32,000 nt of DNA from Jiangella aurantiaca (GTDB lineage: Bacteria > Actinomycetota > Actinomycetes > Jiangellales > Jiangellaceae). The notes under the pieces were generated by a model. The model saw only the letters and a program-made list of their open reading frames with translations. It searched no databases and had not been told where the DNA came from. The translations under genes and the position numbers were made by a program. The DNA lies in assembly GCF_004349105.1 (NCBI RefSeq), contig NZ_SMLB01000050.1:2393-34392 (forward strand), read 5' to 3'. This document shows, piece by piece, positions 1-8,504 of this stretch. Position 1 is the first letter of the stretch; the number at the start of each line of letters is the position of its first letter.

Positions 1-62
1 AGACGGCCGCCGTCGCGCTCACGACCGAGCTGGTCGCACGCGGCGTGATCGTGCGGCGCTGA
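1..62 (+). CDS. 3' end of an unidentified CDS entering from the left window edge
   Basis: Frame 3 is open from the window edge to TGA at 60-62 (..TAAVALTTELVARGVIVRR*). It is too short to identify and overlaps the 3' end of the convergent small membrane-protein gene. Confidence 0.2.
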   Translation, partial: TAAVALTTELVARGVIVRR

Positions 63-273
63 GCCGGACGTTGGCCCGGGTGAGCGCCGGGACGACGAGG
101 TAGACGGCAACGGGGACGACCAGCAGCGTCAGCACCAGTGTGCTCACGGGAATCGGCAGGTCGCCGATGAGCGGGCGGAGCAGCAACTGTCCCAGGGTCA
201 CGAGCGGGTAGATGGCCAGCCAGATGATCAGAGCGCGGCGGTGGGCGGACGGCGGACGATTTTCCAACTGCAT
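19..273 (-). CDS. small hydrophobic (about 2-TM) membrane protein, function unknown
   Basis: Internal ATG at 273 of the 19..828 ORF gives 84 aa (MQLENRPPSAHRRALIIWLAIYPLVTLGQLLL..LVLTLLVVPVAVYLVVPAL). The longer upstream extension is antisense to the TetR gene. The gene is divergent from the TetR gene, with a 66-bp gap. Confidence 0.5.
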   Translation of the reverse strand: MQLENRPPSAHRRALIIWLAIYPLVTLGQLLLRPLIGDLPIPVSTLVLTLLVVPVAVYLVVPALTRANVRLSAARSRRVRPARS

Positions 274-339
274 GGTTGGAGTTTGCGTCTTCTCCTCCGA
301 AAAAGCAACTGAACGGTTGGAGATTGCTACGGTGCTCTC

Positions 340-957
340 ATGCCGTGGGACACCGAGGCGACCCGCCGCCGCCTGCTCGACGCCGCCGTCGAGGAGTTCG
401 CGGAGTACGGCCCGGCCGGTGCGCGCGTCGACCGCGTCGCCCGGTCGGCCGGCGTCAACAAGGAGCGCATCTACCAGTACTTCGGCGACAAGGACGGGCT
501 GTTCCGCGCCGTCCTCGAGCGGGAGCTGCAGCGCCTCGCCGCCGCCGTCCCACTCACGCTGGAGCAGGCCGGCGACCTCGGCGACTACGCGGGCCGGCTG
601 TTCGACCACCACACCGACCACCCGCACTTCCTCCGGCTGCTGCACTGGGAGGGGCTGGCCAGCGGCGGCGAGGCGGTCGCCGAGGCGAAGCGGGCGGCAC
701 TGCAGCACGACAAGGTCGCGGCGATCGCCGACGCCCAGCGCAGCGGGCTGGTGACCGGCGCGATCGGCGCCGGGCAGTTGCTCTACGGCGTGATGGCACT
801 GGTCGACTGGTGGTTCGTCGCGCCGCACGTGGTCCGGATGACCGTCGGCGCCGAGGGCATGGACCGCGCGGCGCAGCGGGCCGCCGTCGTCGAGCTCGCC
901 CGCCGGATGACCGCGCCTGACCGGGACGAACCGCCCACCGGCGCGACGTCAAGGTGA
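340..957 (+). CDS. TetR/AcrR family transcriptional regulator
   Basis: N-terminal TetR HTH signature RRRLLDAAVEEFAEYGPAGARVDRVARSAGVNKERIYQYFGDKDGLFRAVL. ATG at 340, TGA at 955-957. Confidence 0.9.
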   Translation: MPWDTEATRRRLLDAAVEEFAEYGPAGARVDRVARSAGVNKERIYQYFGDKDGLFRAVLERELQRLAAAVPLTLEQAGDLGDYAGRLFDHHTDHPHFLRLLHWEGLASGGEAVAEAKRAALQHDKVAAIADAQRSGLVTGAIGAGQLLYGVMALVDWWFVAPHVVRMTVGAEGMDRAAQRAAVVELARRMTAPDRDEPPTGATSR

Positions 958-1156
958 TCCTTCCCACGCCGTAACGCTGGGAACAACCACGGACATCAGG
1001 TAGTTTCAGGTACTGGCGACAGCCCTTCGGGGCTCTCGCTGGGCGGCGGGCCGTGGTAACCCCGGGTCCCACTTATAGCCGCTACGAGCGGCCGTTGCGC
1101 CGAGAGGCGTTCCCGGCCCGGCGCCCGAACCATTCTTCCTACGCCAGACTGGCTCC

Positions 1157-2086
1157 GTGGAGCTGAGGCAGCTGGAGTACTTCGTCGCCGTCGCGCACGA
1201 GAAGAGCTTCACGCTGGCCGCGAAACGGCTGCATGTCGTCCAGAGCGCGGTCTCGGCGGCCATCGCGGCGCTGGAGAAGGACCTGAAGGTCACGCTGTTC
1301 GAGCGCAGCGCGCAGCGAGTGGTGCTGACGGAGGCCGGCGCGGCGCTGCTGCCCGAGGCGCTCGCGGTGCAGGACGCCGTCCAGGGCGCACGCGACGTCG
1401 TCGACGAGCTCGGCAGCGGACTGCGCGGCCGGGTCCGGGTGGCCATGCTCGGCGGGCTGGCGCTGGTCGATCTGCCAGCCGTCGCGGGCGTGTTCCGGAC
1501 CCGCTACCCGGGCGTCGAGCTGCAGCTGCGGGTCGAGGCCACCGGTTCGTCTGGCAACCTGGCGGCGCTGCTGGCCGGCGACTGCGACGTCGCGTTCCTG
1601 GCCCTCGCCGGGCCGGCGCACCGCGACCTCGCCAGCTGGGAGCTGGTCCGCGTGCCGAACGTGCTGGCGGTCCCCGTCGGGCACCGGCTGGCCCGGCGGC
1701 GCCGGGTCACCCTGGCCGACCTCGCCGACGAGAGCTTCGTCGACTTCCCACTCGGCTTCACCAACCGGGCGATCGTCGATCAGGTGTTCGAGGCCGCGGG
1801 CATCTCCCGCCGCATCGCCGTCGAGGTGGCCGGGGTCGACGACGCGGCGGCGTTCGTCCGCCACGAAGTCGGGGTGGCGGTCCTGCCGGAGTACGCGGCC
1901 CGGCTGGCCGCCGACGTGCGCATCCTGCGGGTCGAGGGGCAGACGTTCGAGTGGGCCGTCCACCTGGCCATGCTGCGCAAGCGGCGGCCGTCGGCGGCCG
2001 TGCGGGCGCTGCTAGGGCTGGTGATGCAGCACGTCCGGCTGCTCGACGGGACGGTCGCCGGGCGGGACTTGCATCGCCAGAACTGA
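1157..2086 (+). CDS. LysR family transcriptional regulator
   Basis: MELRQLEYFVAVAHEKSFTLAAKRLHVVQSAVSAAIAALEKDLKVTLFERS is a classic LysR wHTH, followed by a LysR substrate-binding domain of the expected length. GTG start at 1157, TGA at 2084-2086. Confidence 0.92.
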   Translation: MELRQLEYFVAVAHEKSFTLAAKRLHVVQSAVSAAIAALEKDLKVTLFERSAQRVVLTEAGAALLPEALAVQDAVQGARDVVDELGSGLRGRVRVAMLGGLALVDLPAVAGVFRTRYPGVELQLRVEATGSSGNLAALLAGDCDVAFLALAGPAHRDLASWELVRVPNVLAVPVGHRLARRRRVTLADLADESFVDFPLGFTNRAIVDQVFEAAGISRRIAVEVAGVDDAAAFVRHEVGVAVLPEYAARLAADVRILRVEGQTFEWAVHLAMLRKRRPSAAVRALLGLVMQHVRLLDGTVAGRDLHRQN

Positions 2087-2181
2087 TTCTGGCATCGAAG
2101 AGATTCGTTTGTATTGATGCTCGGCCCGGGCCAAGGATCGAGGTGTCAGCACGACAGCTCAGATCCGGAAGGAACCCGGCC

Positions 2182-2922
2182 ATGACCGACCAGAACACTC
2201 CCCGCGTTGCGATCGTCAGCGGCGGCTCCCGTGGCATCGGCCGCGAGACCGCCGCCCGTCTGGGCCGCGAGGGCTACGCCGTCGTCGTCACCTACGGCAG
2301 CGCCAAGGAGGAGGGCGAGCAGGCCGCGGCCGACGTCGTCGCGGCCGGCGGGCAGGCCATCGCCGTCCAGGTCGACGTCGCCGACGAGCACTCCGTCGCC
2401 GCGGTCTTCGACGAGGCCGAGCGGGTGTTCGGCGGCGTGGACGTCGTCGTGAACTCCGCCGGAATCATGCGGCTCGCACCGGTGGCCGACCTCGATCTCG
2501 CCGAGCTCGACGCGCACCTGCGCACCAACGTCCGCGGCGCCTTCGCCGTCGACCAGCAGGCCGCCCGGCGGGTGCGCTCCGGCGGCGCGATCATCAACGT
2601 GTCCAGCTCGCTCACCCGGTTCTCGCGGCCCGGCTACGCCGCCTACGCGGCCAGCAAGGGCGCCGTCGAGGCGATCACCCTGATCCTGGCCCGCGAGCTG
2701 CGCGGCCGCGACATCACCGTCAACGCCGTCGCCCCCGGGCCGACCGCCACCGCGCTGTTCCTCGAGGGCAAGCCGCAGGAGCTGCTCGACCGGATGGCCG
2801 CCGAGCCGCCGCTGGAGCGCATCGGCCGGCCGGAGGACATCGCCGAGATCATCGCGTTCCTCGCCGGCCCGGCCCGCTGGATCAACGGCCAGACGCTGTA
2901 CGCCAACGGCGGCGCGATCTGA
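2182..2922 (+). CDS. SDR family oxidoreductase (FabG-like)
   Basis: Internal ATG at 2182 of ORF 1951..2922. Carries the motifs VAIVSGGSRGIGRE (TGxxxGxG), NSAG, and YAASKGAVEAIT (YxxxK). Confidence 0.9.
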   Translation: MTDQNTPRVAIVSGGSRGIGRETAARLGREGYAVVVTYGSAKEEGEQAAADVVAAGGQAIAVQVDVADEHSVAAVFDEAERVFGGVDVVVNSAGIMRLAPVADLDLAELDAHLRTNVRGAFAVDQQAARRVRSGGAIINVSSSLTRFSRPGYAAYAASKGAVEAITLILARELRGRDITVNAVAPGPTATALFLEGKPQELLDRMAAEPPLERIGRPEDIAEIIAFLAGPARWINGQTLYANGGAI

Positions 2923-2953
2923 CTCGGTCCCACCCACCGCAAGGAGACCCACC

Positions 2954-3844
2954 ATGAGCACGATCCTCATCAGCGGCGCGTCCAGCGGGTTCGGCGCCCT
3001 CACCGCCCGTGCCCTGGCCGACGCCGGCCACACCGTTTACGCCGGCATGCGCGACCTCGCCGGCCGCAACGCGCCTGCCGCGGCCGAGGCCAAGGCGCAC
3101 GCCGCCGAGCACGGCGTCGACCTGCGCGCCGTCGAGCTGGACGTCGCCTCGGACGAATCCGCCCGGCAGGCCGTCGCCACCGTCGTCGGCGAGCAGAACC
3201 GGCTGGACGTCCTGATCCACAACGCCGGCCACATGGTCACCGGCCCGGCCGAGGCGTTCACGCCCGAGCAGCTCGCCGAGCTCTACGACACCAACGTCGT
3301 CGGCACCCAGCGGCTCAACCGCGCGGCCCTGCCGGTGCTTCGCGGGCAGAACGACGGGCTGGTGGTCTGGGTCGGCAGCTCCAGCACCCGGGGCGGCACC
3401 CCGCCGTACCTGGCGCCGTACTTCGCGGCGAAGGCCGGCATGGACGCGCTCGCCCAGAGCTACGCGCTGGAGCTGTCGCGGTTCGGCATCGAAACCACCA
3501 TCGTCGTGCCAGGCGCGTTCACGCACGGCACCAACCACTTCGCGCACAGCGGCTCGCCCGCCGACGCAGCCGTCGTCGCCGAGTACGAGCAGAAGTACCC
3601 GCGGCTGATGGAGCAGGTCGCGCAGAGGCTCTCCGAGCTGGAGCCCGGGTGGGCCGACGTGGCGGACGTCGCCAGGGCGATCGTCGACGTCGTCGGCACC
3701 GAGAAGGGCCGCCGCCCGTTCCGCGTGCACATCGACCCGTCCGACGACGGCTCGGTCGTGGTCAACGCCGTCGCCGACCGCGTCCGCGCCGAGCTGCTGC
3801 GCCGCATCGGCCTCGACGACCTGCTGCACCCGAGCGTCGCATGA
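2954..3844 (+). CDS. SDR family oxidoreductase
   Basis: MSTILISGASSGFGALTARALADAGHTVYAG is a Rossmann motif, with NAG and YFAAKAGMDAL (YxxxK) downstream. AAGGAG lies 7 nt upstream of the ATG at 2954. Confidence 0.88.
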   Translation: MSTILISGASSGFGALTARALADAGHTVYAGMRDLAGRNAPAAAEAKAHAAEHGVDLRAVELDVASDESARQAVATVVGEQNRLDVLIHNAGHMVTGPAEAFTPEQLAELYDTNVVGTQRLNRAALPVLRGQNDGLVVWVGSSSTRGGTPPYLAPYFAAKAGMDALAQSYALELSRFGIETTIVVPGAFTHGTNHFAHSGSPADAAVVAEYEQKYPRLMEQVAQRLSELEPGWADVADVARAIVDVVGTEKGRRPFRVHIDPSDDGSVVVNAVADRVRAELLRRIGLDDLLHPSVA

Positions 3845-4749
3845 CGTTGGTCGACGTGCACGCGCACTTCCTCACCGAGGAGTACGTGGCCGCGGCCGTC
3901 CGAGCCGGGCACCTCGCACCCGACGGGATGCCCGGCTGGCCGCGGTGGTCCGCCGGTGAGCACCTGGCCCTGATGGATCGGCGCGGGATCGCCCGCGCCG
4001 TCCTGTCGGTGTCGTCGCCCGGAGTCCACTTCGGCGACGACGTCCGGGCGCGGGTGCTCGCGCGGCAGGTCAACGAGGCCGCGGCGGCGTTCGTCGCCGG
4101 CCGGCCGGACCGGTTCGGTTTCCTCGCCAGCCTGCCGCTGCCCGACCTCGACGGCTCCATCGCCGAGGCCGGGCACACGTTCGACCAGCTCGGCGCGGAC
4201 GGCATCGTCCTCCTGACGAACGCCGCCGGTCGGTACCCGGGCGATCCGCGGCTGGAACCGCTGTGGCGGTTGCTCGACGAACGGCAGGCGGTGGTGCTGC
4301 TCCACCCGACCTCGCCGCCGAACTGGCGCGACGTCGCGCTGGACCGGCCCCGGCCGCTCATGGAGTTCGTGTTCGAGGGCGTGCGCGCGGTCGGCGACCT
4401 GGTGCTCTCCGGCGTGCTGGCGCGGTACCCGCGGATCCGGTTCGTGGTCGGGGACGCCGGGTCGGTGCTGCCGCTGCTGGCGTCGCGGCTGGAGCTCCTC
4501 GCCGACGACGGGGTGCGGCTCTCGACGCACCTGGAGCGGCTGTGGGTCGACCTCGGCACGTCGGGCGTCTGGCCGTCGGGGTCCGAGCGGGTGGTCTACG
4601 GCAGCGGCTTCTGCTTCACCCCGGCCGACGGGGTCGCGCGGCAGCTGCGGCGACTGGACCGGACCAACCCCGGCTGGCGTGCGACGACGACGGCGAACAC
4701 GGCGAAACTGTTCGGCGGCGTGCCGGCACGGAGCCGAACCGGCTCATGA
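3841..4749 (+). CDS. amidohydrolase family protein (Amidohydro_2 / ACMSD-like metal-dependent hydrolase)
   Basis: The ATG at 3841 overlaps the upstream stop (ATGA). MTLVDVHAHFLTEEY is an HxH metal-binding start typical of Amidohydro_2. The ORF extension upstream of 3841 is out of context. Confidence 0.8.
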   Translation: MTLVDVHAHFLTEEYVAAAVRAGHLAPDGMPGWPRWSAGEHLALMDRRGIARAVLSVSSPGVHFGDDVRARVLARQVNEAAAAFVAGRPDRFGFLASLPLPDLDGSIAEAGHTFDQLGADGIVLLTNAAGRYPGDPRLEPLWRLLDERQAVVLLHPTSPPNWRDVALDRPRPLMEFVFEGVRAVGDLVLSGVLARYPRIRFVVGDAGSVLPLLASRLELLADDGVRLSTHLERLWVDLGTSGVWPSGSERVVYGSGFCFTPADGVARQLRRLDRTNPGWRATTTANTAKLFGGVPARSRTGS

Positions 4750-5094
4750 CCAGCCGAGTTGGTGCAGCCGTTCGTCGTCGATGCCGAAGTGGTGTGCCAC
4801 CTCGTGCACGACGGTGATCAGCACCTCCTCGACGGCGTCGTCGGGCGTGTCGCAGATGCGCAGAATCGGCAGCCGGAACAGCCGGATGGTGTCGGGCAGC
4901 ACGCCGGTGTACCACTCGCCGCGCTCGGTCAGCGGCGTGCCCTCGTACAGTCCCAGCACGTCGGGAGCGTCCTCTGGGGGCTCGTCCTCGATGAGGATCA
5001 CCACGTTGTCCATCATCTCGGCCAGCTCCGGCGGGATCTCGTCGATCGCCTCCGACACAAGCCGCTCGAACTCCGCCTCGGTCAGCTCCAGCAC
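4744..5094 (-). CDS. zincin-like metallopeptidase family protein
   Basis: 116 aa with an HEVAHHFG (HExxH) motif. This is the small acidic protein type conserved in actinobacteria. GTG start at 5094. Confidence 0.8.
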   Translation of the reverse strand: MLELTEAEFERLVSEAIDEIPPELAEMMDNVVILIEDEPPEDAPDVLGLYEGTPLTERGEWYTGVLPDTIRLFRLPILRICDTPDDAVEEVLITVVHEVAHHFGIDDERLHQLGWS

Positions 5095-5143
5095 GGCACC
5101 AGTCTCGCCTGCCGGACCGGCGCCCGACGATTCCGGGGGCGGA

Positions 5144-6691
5144 ATGTGTTACCAACGAACCGTGGACGTGGCGACGGAGACCAGCCCGCCGGGTGACCGG
5201 CTGCGGCGGCGGGCGTGGCGTGACTACTCCCGCCCGGCGACCTGGCCGTGGTGGCTACACCGGACGTTCACGCTGCTCAGCCCGGTTGTACTGGCACTGG
5301 CCGGCGCCTGGATCGCGCTCGCCGTCGCCGGCACCACACAGGCCTATGTGGGCCCCCTGGCCATCGACGTCGCGTTCCGGCCGACGCTGAGCGGCGAGTC
5401 GGTGATCCACCTCGACCCCGTCGGCGCCGTGGTCCTCGACACCCATTCCGGCCCGGTGACACTGGACATCTCGGTGCGCCAGGTCGATCTCGACGGCCTC
5501 AGCGGCTACGTCGACAACCCGTACTCGCTGTCCGGATTGGACGACGAGATCACCGCCGGCATCCAAGACGTGCTCGTCGACGCGGCGATCCGGGCCGCCC
5601 TGACGGCGGTCATCGGGGGCACGCTGGCGGCGGCGCTGGTGCTGCGGTCGGTCCGGCGGACGGCGCTGGCGGCCGGGGTGGCGACCGCCGCAGTGCTCGG
5701 CAGCTACGGGCTGACGGCGCTGACGTTCGACTCCGAGGCCGTCCGCGAGCCCGCCTACACCGGCCCGCTGGCGGCCGCGCCGCAGCTGATCGGCAACGCC
5801 GAGGACATCGCGACGAACTTCGACGCCTACGCCGACCAGCTGGCCGGGTTCGTCGCCAACGTCGCCGCCGTCTACGACACCACGCTCAACCTGCAGACGT
5901 TCCAGCCGAACGACGACACCATCCGGGTGCTGCACGTGTCGGACCTGCATCTCAACCCGGCCGCGTGGGACATCATCGACGCCGTCGCCGAGCAGTACGC
6001 CGTCGACGTCATCGTCGACAGCGGCGACATCGTCGACCAGGGCACGCCGCTCGAGAGCTCCTACGTGCGCCCGATCGCCGACCTCGGGCGGCCCTACGTC
6101 TTCGTCAAGGGCAACCACGACTCCGTCGCGACCGCCGCCGCCGTCGCCGCCGCGCCGAACGCCGTCGTGCTCGACGGCGAGCCTGCCGAGGTGGCCGGGC
6201 TGAGGTTCCTCGGAGCGCCGGATCCCCGGTTCACGCCGGACAAGTCCGTCCGCGGCGTCCCCGACGAGGTGATACGCGAGGGCACCGAGGAGTTCGCCGA
6301 CGCCGCCGAGGACCTCGAGCCGCCGCCGGACGTCATCGTCTACCACGACCCCAGTCACGCCGAGCTGTTCGACGGCATCGCCCCGCTGGTGCTCTCCGGG
6401 CACGCGCACAAGCGCGACACGTACGTCCTCGACGAGGGCACCCGGGTCATGGTGCAGGGCTCCACCGGCGGTGCCGGGTTGCGCGGACTACGTGACGAAG
6501 ATCCCACTCCGGTCAATCTGTCGGTGCTCTACTTCGATCCGGAGACGAAAGCGCTGGTGGCCTGGGACGATCTCACGCTCGGCGGCCTCGGCCAGACCAG
6601 CGCCGAGATCGACCGCCACCAGGCCGGCGAGGACGACGGCGCCGCTCAGGGGCCAGAAGACCCCTCGCCAGCTCCCGATTTGGAGAACTGA
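5144..6691 (+). CDS. membrane-anchored metallophosphoesterase
   Basis: Hydrophobic N-terminal segments are followed by calcineurin-like motifs LHVSDLHLN, DSGDIVDQG, VKGNHD and GHAHK. The start is uncertain: ATG at 5144 or GTG at 5162. The ORF portion 4679-5143 is antisense to the peptidase gene. Confidence 0.8.
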   Translation: MCYQRTVDVATETSPPGDRLRRRAWRDYSRPATWPWWLHRTFTLLSPVVLALAGAWIALAVAGTTQAYVGPLAIDVAFRPTLSGESVIHLDPVGAVVLDTHSGPVTLDISVRQVDLDGLSGYVDNPYSLSGLDDEITAGIQDVLVDAAIRAALTAVIGGTLAAALVLRSVRRTALAAGVATAAVLGSYGLTALTFDSEAVREPAYTGPLAAAPQLIGNAEDIATNFDAYADQLAGFVANVAAVYDTTLNLQTFQPNDDTIRVLHVSDLHLNPAAWDIIDAVAEQYAVDVIVDSGDIVDQGTPLESSYVRPIADLGRPYVFVKGNHDSVATAAAVAAAPNAVVLDGEPAEVAGLRFLGAPDPRFTPDKSVRGVPDEVIREGTEEFADAAEDLEPPPDVIVYHDPSHAELFDGIAPLVLSGHAHKRDTYVLDEGTRVMVQGSTGGAGLRGLRDEDPTPVNLSVLYFDPETKALVAWDDLTLGGLGQTSAEIDRHQAGEDDGAAQGPEDPSPAPDLEN

Positions 6692-6756
6692 GCGCGTCAC
6701 CCTATGCTTTCAACGTCCCGAACGGCGACGAGCCATGGGCCATGTCGTCAGATCTG

Positions 6757-6829
6757 GTCCCCATCGTCTAGCGGCCTAGGACTCCGCCCTTTCAAGGCGG
6801 CAACGCGGGTTCGAATCCCGTTGGGGATG
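6757..6829 (+). tRNA. tRNA-Glu(TTC): tRNA-Glu (anticodon TTC)
   Basis: Hand-folded cloverleaf. Acceptor GTCCCCA/TGGGGAT, anticodon stem CCGCC/GGCGG with loop CTTTCAA, and T-arm GCGGG-TTCGAAT-CCCGT. CCA is not encoded. Confidence 0.93.
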
Positions 6830-6874
6830 CGGTGTTCTGCTCCGGCAGGAACATCGGGCACGGCAGTACAGCAA

Positions 6875-6952
6875 GGTCCTGTGGAGCAGCTCGGAGTGCT
6901 CGCCGCCCTGTCAAGGCGGAGGTCGCGGGTTCAAGTCCCGTCAGGACCGCCA
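6875..6952 (+). tRNA. tRNA-Asp(GTC): tRNA-Asp (anticodon GTC), with encoded CCA
   Basis: Acceptor GGTCCTG/CAGGACC, D stem GAGC/GCTC, anticodon stem CCGCC/GGCGG with loop CTGTCAA, and T-arm GCGGG-TTCAAGT-CCCGT, followed by discriminator G and CCA. Confidence 0.95.
6908..6952 (+). repeat. attL core (inside the intact tRNA-Asp, from the anticodon loop to CCA)
   Basis: ctgtcaaggcggaggtcgcgggttcaagtcccgtcaggaccgcca is identical to 17188-17232. Confidence 0.9.
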
Positions 6953-6966
6953 GCAATACCAGCAGC

Positions 6967-8226
6967 TCAGAGGTCATCCTCTGGGCTGTTTTCATGTCCG
7001 GGGCCGGTCTCGTCGGCGGGCCGAGGCAGCGAAAAGGCATCGAACAGTCCCCTCACTCTGGTGCGTGCGCTTCCCGAGTCGTGCGTGTAGAGGTTGAGCG
7101 TCGTCGTCGCCTGTTCGTGCCCCATGACGCGCTGCACGTCGTTGACGGGCACGCCGTCGGAGACCAGCCAGGTCGCGTACGAGTGGCGCAGGTCGTGGAA
7201 CCGCAGCCCGCCGGAGGCCCGGCGAGACACCTCTTTGACGGCGGCGGCCTCGGTCTCGAAGGTCTCCGTCAGCTCTCGCCCGGCGTCGTCCTGCCACGTG
7301 CCCCGGTACACCTGCTCGCCCTCCTGGACCACCTTGCCCAGCAGTCCGGCCCGGACGAGCGCAGGACGCCACACACGGACGCGGAACAGCGTGCGTCGCA
7401 CCGGTCCCCCGGCCTGGTTCGTGAACACCTCCCCCGCGTCGCCCTGGCCGTAGCGGCGACGGTGGTCGCGTAGTGCGGTCACGACGAACGGCGGCAGCGG
7501 GACGACGCGGCGGCCGGCGCGCGACTTCGGGAACGGTTTGGTCGTGACGGCCCCGGCAACCTCGACGGCGACTCGCACGACGTGGACCTCCTCGGCGTCC
7601 AGGTCGACGGCGTCCCAGCGGAGGCCGGCGCACTCGCCCCACCGCAGCCCGGTTCCGCCCGCCAGCGCCACCAGGGCGCGATGACGCTCGGGAACGGCGG
7701 GCAGGAGCTGGCTCACGAACGCCTCACGGCTGATCGTGCGCTCGTCAGTGTCCGAACGACGGATCGCCGGGAGCTGGACGCCCTCGCACGGGTTGAAGGC
7801 CAGCAGCCGGTCACGGACGGCGAGCCGCATGATGCCCGCGAGCACGTGGAAGCACTTCCGCACGGTGGCCGGGGAGCGGGTGGCGTTCAGCTCCGAGACC
7901 CAGCGCTGGACCGACGAGTGGTCAATCTTGTCCAGCGGCACCGACCCCCAGCGCGGCAGCACGTGCGTCCGGAGGACGGAATCCGTGCGCACGGTGGTCG
8001 TCGTGGCGCTCGCCCGCCCAGCGACCCACGTCGCCGCGTAGTCGCTCAGACGGACCCGCCCGGCGCGAGGATCGACGTAGAGCCCGTGGTTCTTGGCCGA
8101 CTCGACCTCGGCGAGGAAGCGGGATGCCTCACGCTTGGTCGGGAACGACTTGGAGCGCTGGGCCCCGGACGGATCACGCCACGAGGCGCGGAAGGTCCCG
8201 GCGGTCGTCTTGCGTACGAAGCCCAT
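6967..8226 (-). CDS. int: tyrosine-type site-specific integrase
   Basis: Starts at the internal ATG at 8226 (MGFVRKTTAGTFRASWRDPSG..). Carries an N-terminal SAM-like/arm-binding region and catalytic-box motifs TGLRWGECAGLRWDAVDL, RFHDLRHSYATWL and GHEQATTTLNLYTH. Its start overlaps the xis stop by 1 nt. Confidence 0.93.
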   Translation of the reverse strand: MGFVRKTTAGTFRASWRDPSGAQRSKSFPTKREASRFLAEVESAKNHGLYVDPRAGRVRLSDYAATWVAGRASATTTTVRTDSVLRTHVLPRWGSVPLDKIDHSSVQRWVSELNATRSPATVRKCFHVLAGIMRLAVRDRLLAFNPCEGVQLPAIRRSDTDERTISREAFVSQLLPAVPERHRALVALAGGTGLRWGECAGLRWDAVDLDAEEVHVVRVAVEVAGAVTTKPFPKSRAGRRVVPLPPFVVTALRDHRRRYGQGDAGEVFTNQAGGPVRRTLFRVRVWRPALVRAGLLGKVVQEGEQVYRGTWQDDAGRELTETFETEAAAVKEVSRRASGGLRFHDLRHSYATWLVSDGVPVNDVQRVMGHEQATTTLNLYTHDSGSARTRVRGLFDAFSLPRPADETGPGHENSPEDDL

Positions 8227-8504
8227 CAGAACAGTCCGTCCTGGCCGGGGAGCAGCGGGCCGGGCTCCGGATCGGGCTCGAGGGTGACGTTCTCCAGCCA
8301 GTCGTGGAACGCCTGTTTGGGGATGACCCAGCGGCCGCCGAGCTTGCGTGCGGGGATGTCGCCGGAGCGCACGAGGGCGTAGGTGCCGCCGAGGGCGAGG
8401 TTCAGCAGCTCGGCGACCTCGGCGACGGAGTAGACGAGGGCGTCGACGCGGGGCTGTTGTCCTGGCGGCCGGTGGGCGTCGAGGCGGATCACGTTGTCGG
8501 GCAT
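8226..8504 (-). CDS. xis: excisionase-family helix-turn-helix DNA-binding protein
   Basis: 92 aa. VYSVAEVAELLNLALGGTYALVRSGDIPARKLGGRWVIPKQAFHDWL is the excisionase/MerR-like HTH pattern. The gene sits immediately upstream of int. Confidence 0.8.
   Translation of the reverse strand: MPDNVIRLDAHRPPGQQPRVDALVYSVAEVAELLNLALGGTYALVRSGDIPARKLGGRWVIPKQAFHDWLENVTLEPDPEPGPLLPGQDGLF

Noticed and set aside
290-323. Imperfect inverted repeat TCTCC-T-CCG / CGG-TT-GGAGA and a GGTTGGAG direct repeat (274-281 and 315-322) in the TetR divergent region
   Set aside because: It is plausibly a TetR operator, but the arms are short and interrupted. This is not strong enough to annotate without comparative or binding data.
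1139-1963. 274-aa minus-strand ORF, plus similar long ORFs at 554-1072, 1006-1446 and 1758-2237
   Set aside because: These lie antisense or out of frame to the clear TetR, LysR and SDR genes. Their translations are Arg/Pro/Gly/Ala-rich with no motifs, which is the usual stop-poor alternative-frame artefact of ~70% G+C DNA.
2092-2120. GCATC-N19-GATGC inverted repeat in an AT-rich patch between the LysR gene and the first SDR gene
   Set aside because: The arms are only 5 bp, so it could arise by chance. It might be a LysR T-N11-A-type site or a weak terminator, but I cannot discriminate.
3460-4559. 356-aa and 265-aa minus-strand ORFs, plus the 4263-4817 (+) and 4616-5155 (-) ORFs
   Set aside because: These are opposite or out of frame to the SDR, amidohydrolase and metallopeptidase genes, which have recognisable motifs. 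Their composition is typical of non-coding frames.
5248-6495. 415-aa (+) and 384-aa (-) ORFs inside the metallophosphoesterase gene
   Set aside because: The frame with the LHVSDLH/GNHD/GHAH motifs is the real one. The others are extremely Arg/Gly/Pro-rich.
6704-7473. ORFs 6704-7090, 6792-7040 and 6832-7473 crossing the tRNA genes, and 17070-17615 and 17078-17299 crossing attR
   Set aside because: They read through tRNA or att sequence. The shared peptide VKAEVAGSSPVRTA simply reflects the 45-bp repeat and is not protein-coding.
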